Part shown: positions 47,361 through 56,605 of the stretch, in pieces | Numbering within the stretch: position 1 is the first letter of the stretch | How the letters are laid out: each line of letters opens with the position of its first letter | NCBI GenBank assembly: GCA_964610125.1 | Contig: CAZSUV010000001.1 | Span: 184,035-248,034 of the forward strand | DNA: 64,000 bases | Source of the DNA: an uncultured Candidatus Saccharibacteria bacterium | GTDB taxonomy: Bacteria > Patescibacteriota > Dojkabacteria > SC72 | Reading direction: 5' to 3' | Translations under genes and position numbers: made by a program | The notes under the pieces: model-generated | What the model was told of the DNA's origin: nothing | The model's database searches: none | What the model saw: the letters and a program-made list of their open reading frames with translations, nothing else

Positions 47361-49598
47361 CTACATTCTAGCATATTTTAATCTTAAACTATTCCCAACT
47401 ACACTAACCGAACTCATAGCCATGGCTATACTAGCTATAATAGGAGAAAGTAATATACCAAAAGGAATATACAAAATCCCCATTGCAATAGGGATAGCTA
47501 TAACATTGTAACCAAATGCCCAATACAAATTCTCATGCAATATCCTCATTGTCTGTTTAGACAAATTAATAGTATCTACAATCTTTAATAGCGAACCACT
47601 AACCAAAACAATATCACCCGAGTCTATAGCTACATCTGTACCAGTACCCATGGCAATCCCGATATCTGCTCTAGCCAATGCAGGGGCATCATTAATACCA
47701 TCCCCAACCATAGCTACAATACCTTGATATTTTTCTTTTACATCCTGAATAACAGAATCCTTTTCTTGAGGTAATACATCTGCAATGACTTCATCAACGC
47801 CAACCTCATCAGCAATTCTTTGAGCAGCTATCTTGTTATCCCCAGTTAACATAATTGTTTTGATACCCATATCATGTAACATTTGTATAGCCAACTTACT
47901 ATCCGCTTTTACCTTATCATTCAACCCATATATCGCTGATATATCCTTCCCCTCAATCTGTATGGCTAATGTATTACCTTCATTCTGTTGATCAGAAATA
48001 TATTGCTGAAGATTAGTTGGAATGGAAGCTATCGTAGTTGCAAATTTTGGATTAACAACATATACCTCTTTCCCATCAACCATGGCTTTGACACCACTCC
48101 CTTCAATATTTTTAAAATCAGAAATGGATATATCATTTGAAGAAGATTCCGGTTTTGAATATTCAGCTATCGCCATCCCCAACGGATGTTCAGAATTCTT
48201 TTCAATGGAGTAGGCTATACTCTTTGAAATATTCTCATCCTTCGCAAAATATTTTGCACTTACAACCTTAGGTTTCCCTTCAGTTATAGTTCCTGTTTTG
48301 TCAAAAACTACAACCTTAATATTTCTTGCATTCTCCAATGCTTGAATATCCTTTATCAATATCCCATTCTTCGCCCCTCTACCAGTACCAACCATAATGG
48401 CGGTTGGAGTAGCTAAACCTAAAGCACAAGGACAAGCAATAACTAAAACAGCGGTAGCCAAATACAAAGAGAATTGTAAATCTTTTCCAATGAGCATCCA
48501 TGTAACAAAAGTAGCAATTGCAATTAATATGATGACAGGTACAAATATCCCAGATATTTTGTCTACAATCTTTTGTATTGGAGGTTGTGAATTCTGAGCC
48601 TCTTGAACAAGCCTAATAATCTGGGCGAGTAGGGTATCCTTTCCAACTTTTGTAGCTTTAACCTGCAACATTCCAGTTAGATTAATTGTTGATCCCACCA
48701 CCTTGCTGTCTATATCTTTCTCAACAGGTAAGGGCTCTCCGCTAATCATTGCTTCATCTACACTAGACATACCTTCAACTACAATTCCATCTATGGGAAT
48801 TTTTTGACCAGGCTTTACTAGAAGAATATCTCCAACCTGTATCTTCTCAATGGGAATGATTTGCTCTTCTCCATTCACAATTATGATTGCTTCCTTAGCT
48901 TGAAGCTTCATGAGATCTCTAACTGCTTCATTTGTTTTGTATCTGGCTTTGGCTTCTAACCATCTTCCGAGGGTTATGAAAAAGATTATAAATACTGCTG
49001 CATCAAAAAATACATTAACATCTTTAGAAAAGAGTTGTGGAAAAAATGTAACAACAGAAGAGAACAGCCAAGAGGTAAATGTACTCAAAGCAACTAAGCT
49101 ATCCATATTAAAAGATCTTTTCTTAATCGCTTTCCAAGCACTAATAAAAAATTGTTTGCCACCGATAAAGATTATTCCGGTTGTTAAGACAAATTGAATT
49201 AGGAAAAGTATATTTACATTCCCAACCATTCCTAGCATATCCTTTATCATTGGTACTATATTCATCATCTCCAATAACATCCAGATCATAAGAAAGAAAA
49301 ATGGAATTGTTGCTATTGTAAGAAATATGAGCGTCCTCTTTATGGTTTTTAACTCTTTCTTCTTTAGTACATCAGTATTGGTATCTTCAAGGAGAAGAGT
49401 GTAATCCCCTATCGAATCTACAGTTTTTTTAATATCCTGAATATTAATTTTCTTCTCATCGTATTCTATCTGCATATCCCCAGAGGTGTAGTTCACAATT
49501 ACATTCTTGATCCCGGGTAATTTGATTAAGAAGCTTTCAATGAGCACCTTACATGAAGCACAATGTAGGCCTTGTATTTTGTAATTTTCTCTTTTCAT
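47361..49598 (-). CDS. copA: Cu(I)-type P1B ATPase
   Basis: GLHCASC metal-binding domain, [30 protein letters not shown], and YN and MAMSS TM ligands. Confidence 0.93.
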   Translation of the reverse strand: MKRENYKIQGLHCASCKVLIESFLIKLPGIKNVIVNYTSGDMQIEYDEKKINIQDIKKTVDSIGDYTLLLEDTNTDVLKKKELKTIKRTLIFLTIATIPFFFLMIWMLLEMMNIVPMIKDMLGMVGNVNILFLIQFVLTTGIIFIGGKQFFISAWKAIKKRSFNMDSLVALSTFTSWLFSSVVTFFPQLFSKDVNVFFDAAVFIIFFITLGRWLEAKARYKTNEAVRDLMKLQAKEAIIIVNGEEQIIPIEKIQVGDILLVKPGQKIPIDGIVVEGMSSVDEAMISGEPLPVEKDIDSKVVGSTINLTGMLQVKATKVGKDTLLAQIIRLVQEAQNSQPPIQKIVDKISGIFVPVIILIAIATFVTWMLIGKDLQFSLYLATAVLVIACPCALGLATPTAIMVGTGRGAKNGILIKDIQALENARNIKVVVFDKTGTITEGKPKVVSAKYFAKDENISKSIAYSIEKNSEHPLGMAIAEYSKPESSSNDISISDFKNIEGSGVKAMVDGKEVYVVNPKFATTIASIPTNLQQYISDQQNEGNTLAIQIEGKDISAIYGLNDKVKADSKLAIQMLHDMGIKTIMLTGDNKIAAQRIADEVGVDEVIADVLPQEKDSVIQDVKEKYQGIVAMVGDGINDAPALARADIGIAMGTGTDVAIDSGDIVLVSGSLLKIVDTINLSKQTMRILHENLYWAFGYNVIAIPIAMGILYIPFGILLSPIIASIAMAMSSVSVVGNSLRLKYARM

Positions 49599-49599
49599 A

Positions 49600-51003
49600 T
49601 TACAGTACAGTTATGGTAACAGGGGAAACCATTCCCATTGAGCAGGTAATTTTGTATGTACCCTTCTTAGGTGTGAATGTAATGATATTCTGTCCTGGTT
49701 TAAGGGATATATATCCATCAAACAAGCCTCTTCCTGACATTGATGCACCACATCCTTGTATTCCTTGGTTATCTACTACCAAAGTAGCTTTGACCCCTGC
49801 CTTGAGCGTTGTAGCTCCTGTGGGTATGTACTGAAAACCCTTAGCTGTGAGGTTGAGAGTTTGTTCACCATTGGGGTCAGGTTTCTTAGTTTCTTCTTGT
49901 TGTACCTGCTTTGGTTGAACCTTAATATCATTTAAACTTGGTAATCCTAATACATTGAATTGTGCATTTATATTGTAAAACACAAAAAAGATTATGAGTA
50001 TTCCTGCTATTTGATTAAACAGTGCTGTACTCTTTGGTTTCTCATTCATCTTTATGCCTGAGATACTAATTCCAAGTAGTGGAATGAATGTTCCTAGTGC
50101 AAAGAAGAGCATAACTAAAGATCCCAGAAGGAAACTCCCGCTTGTTAAGGCTATGCCTTGGGCTATGAGGGTGAATCCACAGGGTATGAAGAATGTTACA
50201 GCTCCCATTGTGAATGGCATGAATCTACCTGAAAATTTGTTCTCATTTGATATGCTCTTGGTAAATGATTTTGGCATTGCGAATCTTAACTTTTGAGCCC
50301 ATTTTACTTCTAGCATTTGCAACGCAAGAATGAACATTCCAATTGATATGAGGATGATGAAGATTGCTGAGAGAGTAGGGTTGTTAAATGTTACTGACTT
50401 CCCGATGAGCCCCAGTACTCCTCCAAACAATGCAAATGATACTATTCTTCCGACATGGAACATAGTATGAGGGATACTTTTTTGCTTTTGTGATTGTCCA
50501 ATATACATATCGTTCCATTGCTTACTCATTGAGAGGAGCATTCCTCCTACAAGGGCTGCACAACTGGATATTCCTGCTACAATTCCTAGTGTAAAGTATG
50601 CACCTAAAGTGAATCCTCCATTTATATTGATATATTTTGCCAACTGTAGTTTGTCTACTACTATGAATATGGTTATGACAACGGCAAGTATCAGTCCAAT
50701 TTTAAATACTTTACCAAGCTTCTCACTGTTTACTGTTAATGCTCCATCTTCTAGATGGAAGAGTGGGGACTCTTTTGTATCTTTTTTCTTTTTCGAAAAA
50801 GTGTACCCCATCTTTTCAAATTCTTTGTTTAGGAGTGGAATATCTAGTTCTTCTTTCCCTTCGTAATATATGTCTACTTTTGAATCTTGTAATGAAGCTT
50901 CTACAGAGGTAACTCCTTTTTGAGCTATGATGTATTTTTCAATTAACAATTCGCATGATGCACAGTGCATTCCTTGGACATAGATTGTTTGTTTCTTACC
51001 CAT
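49600..51003 (-). CDS. HMA + DsbD_2/TauE-like membrane domain + cupredoxin-like protein
   Basis: GMHCASC; SSCAALVGG and PCGF; C-terminal GC...TCSMGM. Confidence 0.85.
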   Translation of the reverse strand: MGKKQTIYVQGMHCASCELLIEKYIIAQKGVTSVEASLQDSKVDIYYEGKEELDIPLLNKEFEKMGYTFSKKKKDTKESPLFHLEDGALTVNSEKLGKVFKIGLILAVVITIFIVVDKLQLAKYININGGFTLGAYFTLGIVAGISSCAALVGGMLLSMSKQWNDMYIGQSQKQKSIPHTMFHVGRIVSFALFGGVLGLIGKSVTFNNPTLSAIFIILISIGMFILALQMLEVKWAQKLRFAMPKSFTKSISNENKFSGRFMPFTMGAVTFFIPCGFTLIAQGIALTSGSFLLGSLVMLFFALGTFIPLLGISISGIKMNEKPKSTALFNQIAGILIIFFVFYNINAQFNVLGLPSLNDIKVQPKQVQQEETKKPDPNGEQTLNLTAKGFQYIPTGATTLKAGVKATLVVDNQGIQGCGASMSGRGLFDGYISLKPGQNIITFTPKKGTYKITCSMGMVSPVTITVL

Positions 51004-51033
51004 ATTTATACACCTTACTATCTTAGTGTATTT

Positions 51034-51065
51034 AGTATATACTTAGGTGTGTAGTCCTAAGTCAA
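51034..51065 (-). promoter_or_regulatory. MerR-type promoter/operator for the copper operon
   Basis: Minus strand TTGACT, 20-bp spacer, TATACT, with dyad ACTTAGG-N8-CCTAAGT (51041-51062). Confidence 0.8.
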
Positions 51066-51075
51066 GCATTTAAAT

Positions 51076-51462
51076 ATGTATATGAAATCAGGTGAATTTA
51101 TATCAAAAACCAAGATTACTAGAGATACCTTGAGATATTACAACAGGCTTGGGTTTTTAGTACCTAAAATTAATCCAAGTAATGGGTACAAGGAATATTC
51201 TGAGGATGATATTTGGATGGTTACCTTCATTAAGAGTGCACAGGGTATTGGGTTTTCTCTAAAGGATATTAAGGAGTTGTCTGAACATATGAAATCAGGA
51301 GAATGTAAGCACAAGTCTTTATTACCATTCCTTAACACTAGATTAGATGAGGTTGAGGAGAAGATTAAGGCATTACAGAAGATTAGGAAACATTTGAAGT
51401 TCTTAATAGAGGATTTTGAACAGAGAGATTGTAGTAAAAAACCGAGTGAATTAAAGCTTTAG
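51076..51462 (+). CDS. MerR-family transcriptional regulator
   Basis: TLRYY...G...NGYKEY, GFSLKDIKEL and a long dimerisation helix. Confidence 0.92.
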   Translation: MYMKSGEFISKTKITRDTLRYYNRLGFLVPKINPSNGYKEYSEDDIWMVTFIKSAQGIGFSLKDIKELSEHMKSGECKHKSLLPFLNTRLDEVEEKIKALQKIRKHLKFLIEDFEQRDCSKKPSELKL

Positions 51463-52224
51463 TAATTCTTTAAAGGCAATTTTGTATTTGTATTCCCTGA
51501 GTTCATACCTATATGCCTTTGAAGCAAGATATTCATCACTTCCGACCAATTCATTTTTTACTAAATTATCTGATATATGTAAGATTGCAGTACTAGGTAC
51601 ATTGTAATGATTTGAGACTGCAAAAAGAGTAGAACTTTCCATCTCTACGGCTAGGTATCCTTCTTCTTGCCACTTATCTACATCTTCCTTAGTTTCTCCA
51701 AGCATAGCTTGGCAGGTTACTACTGGACCTCGATAGGTAGTATATTTTTTGTCTATATTGTTTTCAATTTCTTTACTGAGTTTCTCATCAGGATAGTGTT
51801 TGTTGTCTGTTACATTTCTTTGATACATTCTTGTGGCACTTTCATCTCCATATGTGTATGTGGGAATTATGATATCTCCTGCACTTAGGTTTGTTTGTAG
51901 TCCGCCACAGCTTCCAAGTAGAATATTCTTCTTGGAACCCAATACGCATGCAATATTTGCTAATTCTGAGAGATATGCACCTCCATATACAATGTCATAC
52001 CAGATTCTTTTTCCATTTAATTCAAATTCTACAACATTTCTAAAAAATCCCTTCTCTATATTCTTTGGGGTTGCTACTATATTAAGCTCTGCAAGGGCAT
52101 TGTAAAATGCAGCTTCATCATTGTCTCTTTTTCCTGCACCTGCAACTAAGAGCGCATCTACTTTGTAGTCTTCAGGGAGGTTTAATTGTCTAATCCAATC
52201 TTCTTTTGTTAGGTGTTGGTACAT
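51451..52224 (-). CDS. Nucleoside phosphorylase (PNP/UDP family)
   Basis: LGSCGGL, GDIIIP, AVEMESS and ISD motifs. Confidence 0.85.
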   Translation of the reverse strand: MYQHLTKEDWIRQLNLPEDYKVDALLVAGAGKRDNDEAAFYNALAELNIVATPKNIEKGFFRNVVEFELNGKRIWYDIVYGGAYLSELANIACVLGSKKNILLGSCGGLQTNLSAGDIIIPTYTYGDESATRMYQRNVTDNKHYPDEKLSKEIENNIDKKYTTYRGPVVTCQAMLGETKEDVDKWQEEGYLAVEMESSTLFAVSNHYNVPSTAILHISDNLVKNELVGSDEYLASKAYRYELREYKYKIAFKELLKL

Positions 52225-52263
52225 AGCAATATATTATCATATAGAGGGCAGGATTAAACATTA

Positions 52264-52292
52264 TTGACACAACTAGTACTCAGATGTATACT
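52264..52292 (+). promoter_or_regulatory. Consensus sigma70 promoter (leaderless transcript)
   Basis: TTGACA (52264-69), 17 bp, TATACT (52287-92); in-frame GTG lies 7 nt downstream. Confidence 0.75.
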
Positions 52293-52299
52293 CATCCTC

Positions 52300-53178
52300 G
52301 TGGAAAATGAAATAGGTAAAAAATTAAAAGAATTAAGAACAGTCAAAGGAATAACTCAAAAAGCTCTTGCAAAGAAGCTCGGCTGTACTGAAATCATGAT
52401 TAGCAGGTATGAATTAGGCGTAAGTCAGATATCTATACCCCAGTTAGAAAAAATATCAAAAATACTAGGAACAACAACAAAAGAGTTTTTCAATGGTGAT
52501 GAACATAGTAATCAAAATACTAGTAAATCTTCTACATTTAAAAATGCATTTGTTTTTGATTTAGATGATACCCTTGTAGATGGAAGACAATTCTGTGGCG
52601 AAACAATAGCTAGAGTATTAACCGAAGTAGATCCTACTGTTAATTTTGATCTAGTATGTCAGTTACATGAGAGTATAAGGGGATTAACCATTGAAGATTT
52701 GTATGAATATATTGCTAAAAAGGTAAATGTAAAAATTGATATGGAAAGGTTTTTAAAAAGAGACTTTGAAATACAACAGGAGAATATTGGAAGAATGGAA
52801 TTGTTTGATGGAGTAGTGGAAATACTTGAATTCCTAAAATCAAGTGGAAAAAAAGTGTATATATGTACAAACAGAAAGAAGGAATTACTTATGAATGTGC
52901 TTAATGCTAACAATATTGCAGGATATTTTGATGAGGTTATTTCTTGTGTAGATATGGGTTACAAGAAACCTAATCCATATTGTTTAGTAGATCTAATTCA
53001 GAGATCGGGTAAGAGTATTGATGAGTTTATATATTTTGGTGACTCAGAGGTTGATTCTCAATTTGCGCAGAATGCTAATATTGATCATATTATTTTTGAT
53101 CAATATATGAATAACAAGAATTTGTTTAAGAAGTTAGTAAATATGTTTCTTGAGAGACAGATTAATGGTGAGCATTAA
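52300..53178 (+). CDS. XRE-family HTH fused to a HAD-superfamily phosphatase
   Basis: IGKKLKELR...TQKALA...ISRYELG (XRE HTH); FDLDDTL, TN, KPNP and GDSEVD (HAD). Start GTG 52300. Confidence 0.88.
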   Translation: MENEIGKKLKELRTVKGITQKALAKKLGCTEIMISRYELGVSQISIPQLEKISKILGTTTKEFFNGDEHSNQNTSKSSTFKNAFVFDLDDTLVDGRQFCGETIARVLTEVDPTVNFDLVCQLHESIRGLTIEDLYEYIAKKVNVKIDMERFLKRDFEIQQENIGRMELFDGVVEILEFLKSSGKKVYICTNRKKELLMNVLNANNIAGYFDEVISCVDMGYKKPNPYCLVDLIQRSGKSIDEFIYFGDSEVDSQFAQNANIDHIIFDQYMNNKNLFKKLVNMFLERQINGEH

Positions 53179-53187
53179 CTGACTTAA

Positions 53188-53232
53188 GAGAGACACTCGG
53201 TGTGACACATGAGTGTCTCTCCTTTTATTATT
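53188..53232 (+). terminator. Hairpin between convergent genes; intrinsic terminator on the + strand
   Basis: GAGAGACACTC-N12-GAGTGTCTCTC then CTTTTATTATTT; nested inside an outer inverted repeat AACTGACTTAA (53177-87)/TTAAGTCAGTT (53236-46). Confidence 0.7.
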
Positions 53233-53245
53233 TAATTAAGTCAGT

Positions 53246-53719
53246 TTAGCTTATTTCTGTATAATGGAAATCATCCATATCGAAAAAACAGATTTCCAAT
53301 CCCTGAGGAATTGCGATTCTAGCTTTTACTTCCGTAAGGGGAACATGCAGCCGATCTTCGGTTTCGCATTCATCTTTCATATATCTTTCAAAGATAGGGC
53401 TAATTTGGAATGGAAATTTTGTAAGCAGGGAAAGCTTCTTTGTTTCGAGTCTCTTTAGGCGGGTCGGAATACTGATGCATACCACTGTAAGGCAAAAGAG
53501 AACTTTTGCTAAAGTGATATTGTCGGTCCCAACTTCTACCTGGTAGTCTTCAAAATTCTCCTTGAACCAGGTTAGTGCTGCTTCGGATGATTGATTTTGT
53601 CGATTCAACCAATTCTCGAAGAGTGGGGTCCCATTTTCCTTTACGACTAAACACATATTTGTTTCAAGCCATGCGGAAATGGGTTGAATAGTACCTGTGA
53701 CTAAAGACATATCGATCAT
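53246..53719 (-). CDS. Orphan hypothetical protein (157 aa) with strong SD
   Basis: AGGAGG (53729-34) lies 9 nt before ATG 53719; no recognisable motif. Confidence 0.65.
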   Translation of the reverse strand: MIDMSLVTGTIQPISAWLETNMCLVVKENGTPLFENWLNRQNQSSEAALTWFKENFEDYQVEVGTDNITLAKVLFCLTVVCISIPTRLKRLETKKLSLLTKFPFQISPIFERYMKDECETEDRLHVPLTEVKARIAIPQGLEICFFDMDDFHYTEIS

Positions 53720-53743
53720 TGCGTTTTTCCTCCTGAATTTTTT

Positions 53744-53835
53744 TAATATAACTTGCAAACAAAAGACCTAATCTTCTCTTTGCAAGCTATATTAGAAACG
53801 TATTTACTGACTTATTAAAGAACACTGTGATTATA
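53744..53835 (-). promoter_or_regulatory. -10 element, boxA-like motif and leader hairpin of orphan gene 1
   Basis: TATAAT (53830-35), GTTCTTTAATAA (53812-23), 16-bp stem 53744-59/53779-94. Confidence 0.6.
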
Positions 53836-53862
53836 CTATAAGACAATGTAGAAATCGAGCAA

Positions 53863-54261
53863 CTAAATCTTCCCTAAGATATTTGTAATAACTGGGATAA
53901 GGTAGGGGACAAATATTATTATTCCCAACACCACTGAAGCTATTGCACTAACTAATACACATCCTGCACTTACATCTTTAGCATATTTAATGTTTACCCT
54001 AAACTCTTGGGATATGGTATCACTTAGTGCTTCAATGACACTATTAAATGCTTCCGATATTAATACTAAGGCTATTAAAAATCCTACAGCTATCCATGCG
54101 GTGTGAGATATTTCAAGAAGTATACCTAAGAGTATTGCTAAGAAAGCGAAGATTAACTGTATTCTAAAATTTCTTTCATTCTTGATGATTGAGATTAAAC
54201 CGTGTATAGCATGCTTCTGGCTTTCAAAATATGTCTTAGAGGTTGTGAAAGAGTCTTTCAT
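53863..54261 (-). CDS. dgkA: Diacylglycerol/undecaprenol kinase (DgkA family)
   Basis: ERNFRIQ, EAFNSVIEALSD and AKDVSAG motifs. Confidence 0.9.
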   Translation of the reverse strand: MKDSFTTSKTYFESQKHAIHGLISIIKNERNFRIQLIFAFLAILLGILLEISHTAWIAVGFLIALVLISEAFNSVIEALSDTISQEFRVNIKYAKDVSAGCVLVSAIASVVLGIIIFVPYLIPVITNILGKI

Positions 54262-54278
54262 TGATATATGGATATATA

Positions 54279-54692
54279 TTATTTTTTTCTATTCATCCAT
54301 GTTACAGTTAATTGTAATACTGTAGCGAATGATACCCAAAGCAAATATGGTATTTGCATATATAATATCCATGGTACAAATGGATATACTACAATCATCA
54401 TCCATACTATGGTTATCCATGTTAATACAATATCTATAGCTGCTAATTCATTGTTCTTTAATCCAAACTGTATAGGGGTGAATAGGGCATTAAGTACTAG
54501 ATTCAATACAAATGGTATACATACAAAAGAAGGAAGATCTCCATTCGAGGTATGTATGAATACATAACCAAAGGAGATGAATATGAGGATGTAGAGGACA
54601 GTCCAAGCTGGTCCGAATAGCCATGAAGGTGGAGCCCAATTAGGCTTTTTTAATTGAGAATACCAATCAGATGTTCTCATTGGATTTTTCAT
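54279..54692 (-). CDS. tspO: TspO/MBR tryptophan-rich sensory protein
   Basis: WYSQLKKPNWAPPSWLFGPAWTVLY and PYLLWVSFA motifs. Confidence 0.93.
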   Translation of the reverse strand: MKNPMRTSDWYSQLKKPNWAPPSWLFGPAWTVLYILIFISFGYVFIHTSNGDLPSFVCIPFVLNLVLNALFTPIQFGLKNNELAAIDIVLTWITIVWMMIVVYPFVPWILYMQIPYLLWVSFATVLQLTVTWMNRKK

Positions 54693-54730
54693 AATTCAAG
54701 TATACACCTTATATTGTATTTGGCGATAGA

Positions 54731-55036
54731 TTATTTCCCTATCTCCCCATACTCCCTATCTATATATTTTGCTGTCTCTATATCCCTAGGTGTAACCTTA
54801 CCTCCTACGCTAAATCTTTGTAATTCAAATATAGCCTTGGAGTAATATACATGTATATCAGGATGATGATCTTCTTTTTCAAAATGTGGTGTTAACTTTT
54901 GTATGAAGTTAATAACACTTGGAAAATCAGGGAATGTAAATTCCTTAGATATTTTGTCATCCTTGTATGTCCATCCGGGGATTTGGCCAAGAGATTTGTT
55001 TATCTCTTCTGGGGTAAGTATCTTTAAGTCTTCCAT
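54731..55036 (-). CDS. Pterin-4-alpha-carbinolamine dehydratase family protein
   Basis: FTFPDF, EDHHPD and GGKVTPRD motifs; the usual third His (TH) appears as RF. Confidence 0.85.
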   Translation of the reverse strand: MEDLKILTPEEINKSLGQIPGWTYKDDKISKEFTFPDFPSVINFIQKLTPHFEKEDHHPDIHVYYSKAIFELQRFSVGGKVTPRDIETAKYIDREYGEIGK

Positions 55037-55113
55037 ATAGTATATATGTACTAAACTTAGCTACTACATATATATTATACTCCTTTTTGAAATGTATATT
55101 GAAAAGCTGATAT

Positions 55114-55148
55114 TCAAGTAGGCACAGACACGAGATGTGCCTACTTGA
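55114..55148. terminator. Strong 13-bp hairpin downstream of orphan gene 2 (no adjacent U tract)
   Basis: TCAAGTAGGCACA-N9-TGTGCCTACTTGA. Confidence 0.55.
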
Positions 55149-55167
55149 TGTAACATCAGTGGAAAAG

Positions 55168-55803
55168 TTAGGTGCCAGAAAAATTGATGTTCAGGAACTC
55201 AAAAGAGCCTTGCACACGAATCCCACTCGAGAGAATTTGAATCTCTGGAAAGAGATTTTTCGTGTTGTTTTCAAGAAATTCCTGAAGCGGTTTACTTTCG
55301 GAACTGAAAAAGTCCCATTTCAATATATCTATATTACTTCCGCCCTGGATAAGAGTTGTTTCAACAAACATCTTGTTCCCGACAAAGAGATTTCCCTTTA
55401 ATTCTGGTCCAGGGTGCTGATTGGTGCGTGTCTGCCAGGCGTCATAATCCGAGAAAATTCTGGAAACTTCTACGCTGGGGTATTCATTATTGATGATAGT
55501 CCAGTATGCAACCAGAGAGGTTACATAGTTAAAAACCGGTTCTTTCCATCCCAATGTAACAAAACCTGCTTGGTTGTCAAAGAGGCCCAAATCGGATTCT
55601 ACACCATTTAGTAGTTTTGCTGTTTCTACGTATGCAGAGGTGATTAGTTTTGAGCGATCCTTAATATCACCAACGATCCTGGATGAGGTTAGGTGGTTTT
55701 TTGTATCGTCACTTTGACTTATCCCAACGAGATAATATCCATACCAACTTTCATTCAATAGCTTTGACATCCAATCTACTGTTTCAAATATATCACCGTT
55801 CAT
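55168..55803 (-). CDS. Orphan hypothetical protein (211 aa) with strong SD
   Basis: AAGGAG (55811-16) lies 7 nt before ATG 55803; no recognisable motif. Confidence 0.65.
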   Translation of the reverse strand: MNGDIFETVDWMSKLLNESWYGYYLVGISQSDDTKNHLTSSRIVGDIKDRSKLITSAYVETAKLLNGVESDLGLFDNQAGFVTLGWKEPVFNYVTSLVAYWTIINNEYPSVEVSRIFSDYDAWQTRTNQHPGPELKGNLFVGNKMFVETTLIQGGSNIDILKWDFFSSESKPLQEFLENNTKNLFPEIQILSSGIRVQGSFEFLNINFSGT

Positions 55804-55857
55804 GGTTTCTCTCCTTTTGAGTCTTTCTGAATTTGGGTTGAATATATACATAATTAA

Positions 55858-55916
55858 CAAGAGAACAGAGTCTCTTGAATATTTTCCACTGATTGTTAAT
55901 GATCGTATAGATTATA
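55858..55916 (-). promoter_or_regulatory. -10 element, boxA-like motif and leader hairpin of orphan gene 2
   Basis: TATAAT (55911-16), GATCATTAACAA (55893-904), hairpin CAAGAGA-N6-TCTCTTG. Confidence 0.55.
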
Positions 55917-55979
55917 CTATGAGATATGACAGATATCCATCCTTAGGTTTAATCCTCTAAAGGGTATATAATGAAATAT

Positions 55980-56549
55980 ATGGAAAACAAAAAGAAAATA
56001 TATGCATTCATAGATAGTCAGAATATAAATATGGGTGTATTTGCTAAACGATGGAATATGGATTGGGGTAAGTTTAGGGAATATCTTAGAAATACATTTG
56101 GTGTAGAGAAGGCATACCTATTTATTGGGTATATTGATACGAATGAGGATCTATACAAGAGATTGGAGAAGGAAGGGTTCATAGTTATATACAAGAAGGT
56201 ATTGGCTGTTACTAAGGATGAGGTTACTACTTACAAGGGTAATGTGGATGCTGAGATGGTATTACATACTATGATTGAATATCCTAATTATGATTCTGCC
56301 ATTATATGTACAGGGGATGGTGATTTTCTATGTTTAATTGAATATTTAGAGAAGAATAACAAATTAGAAAAGATTATTGCTGCTAACAAGAGGTTTAGTA
56401 CATTATTACAAGGATATTCTAAGTATATATTAGATCTATATTCTTTGAAGAAGGAATTGGGGTATATGAGGAAGGGGAAGAAAAAGGAACAACAGAATGG
56501 AAAAACGGCTCTGAATAAAGAAATAACGGCTACACCTCATCCACAGTAG
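55980..56549 (+). CDS. NYN (LabA/DUF88) PIN-like domain protein
   Basis: FIDSQN, KGNVDAEM and TGDGDF motifs; TATAAT at 55967-72 favours ATG 55980. Confidence 0.88.
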   Translation: MENKKKIYAFIDSQNINMGVFAKRWNMDWGKFREYLRNTFGVEKAYLFIGYIDTNEDLYKRLEKEGFIVIYKKVLAVTKDEVTTYKGNVDAEMVLHTMIEYPNYDSAIICTGDGDFLCLIEYLEKNNKLEKIIAANKRFSTLLQGYSKYILDLYSLKKELGYMRKGKKKEQQNGKTALNKEITATPHPQ

Positions 56550-56570
56550 TACCCTGTGTGTAATTGGAAC

Positions 56571-56599
56571 TTGACGAATACCGAAGATTTTGGTAGAAT
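56571..56599 (+). promoter_or_regulatory. Sigma70 promoter of the RM/Shedu operon (leaderless)
   Basis: TTGACG, 17 bp, TAGAAT with extended TG; ATG lies 6 nt downstream. Confidence 0.75.
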
Positions 56600-56605
56600 A
56601 CTCTT

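Noticed and set aside
52264-52299. ORF-track N-terminal extensions (also starts at 7734, 20162, 25871, 53758, 55860)
   Set aside because: They run through promoters, SD sites or neighbouring genes; the TTG at 52264 is the -35 box. Downstream starts were used.
53173-53250. Integron attC site
   Set aside because: Ends (CATTAAC / GTTTAGC) do not fit RYYYAAC / GTTRRRY well, there is no integrase, and the flanking genes are convergent.
55980-56549. NYN protein as part of the RM/Shedu system
   Set aside because: It has its own -10, and a separate strong promoter lies between it and hsdS'; adjacency is the only link.
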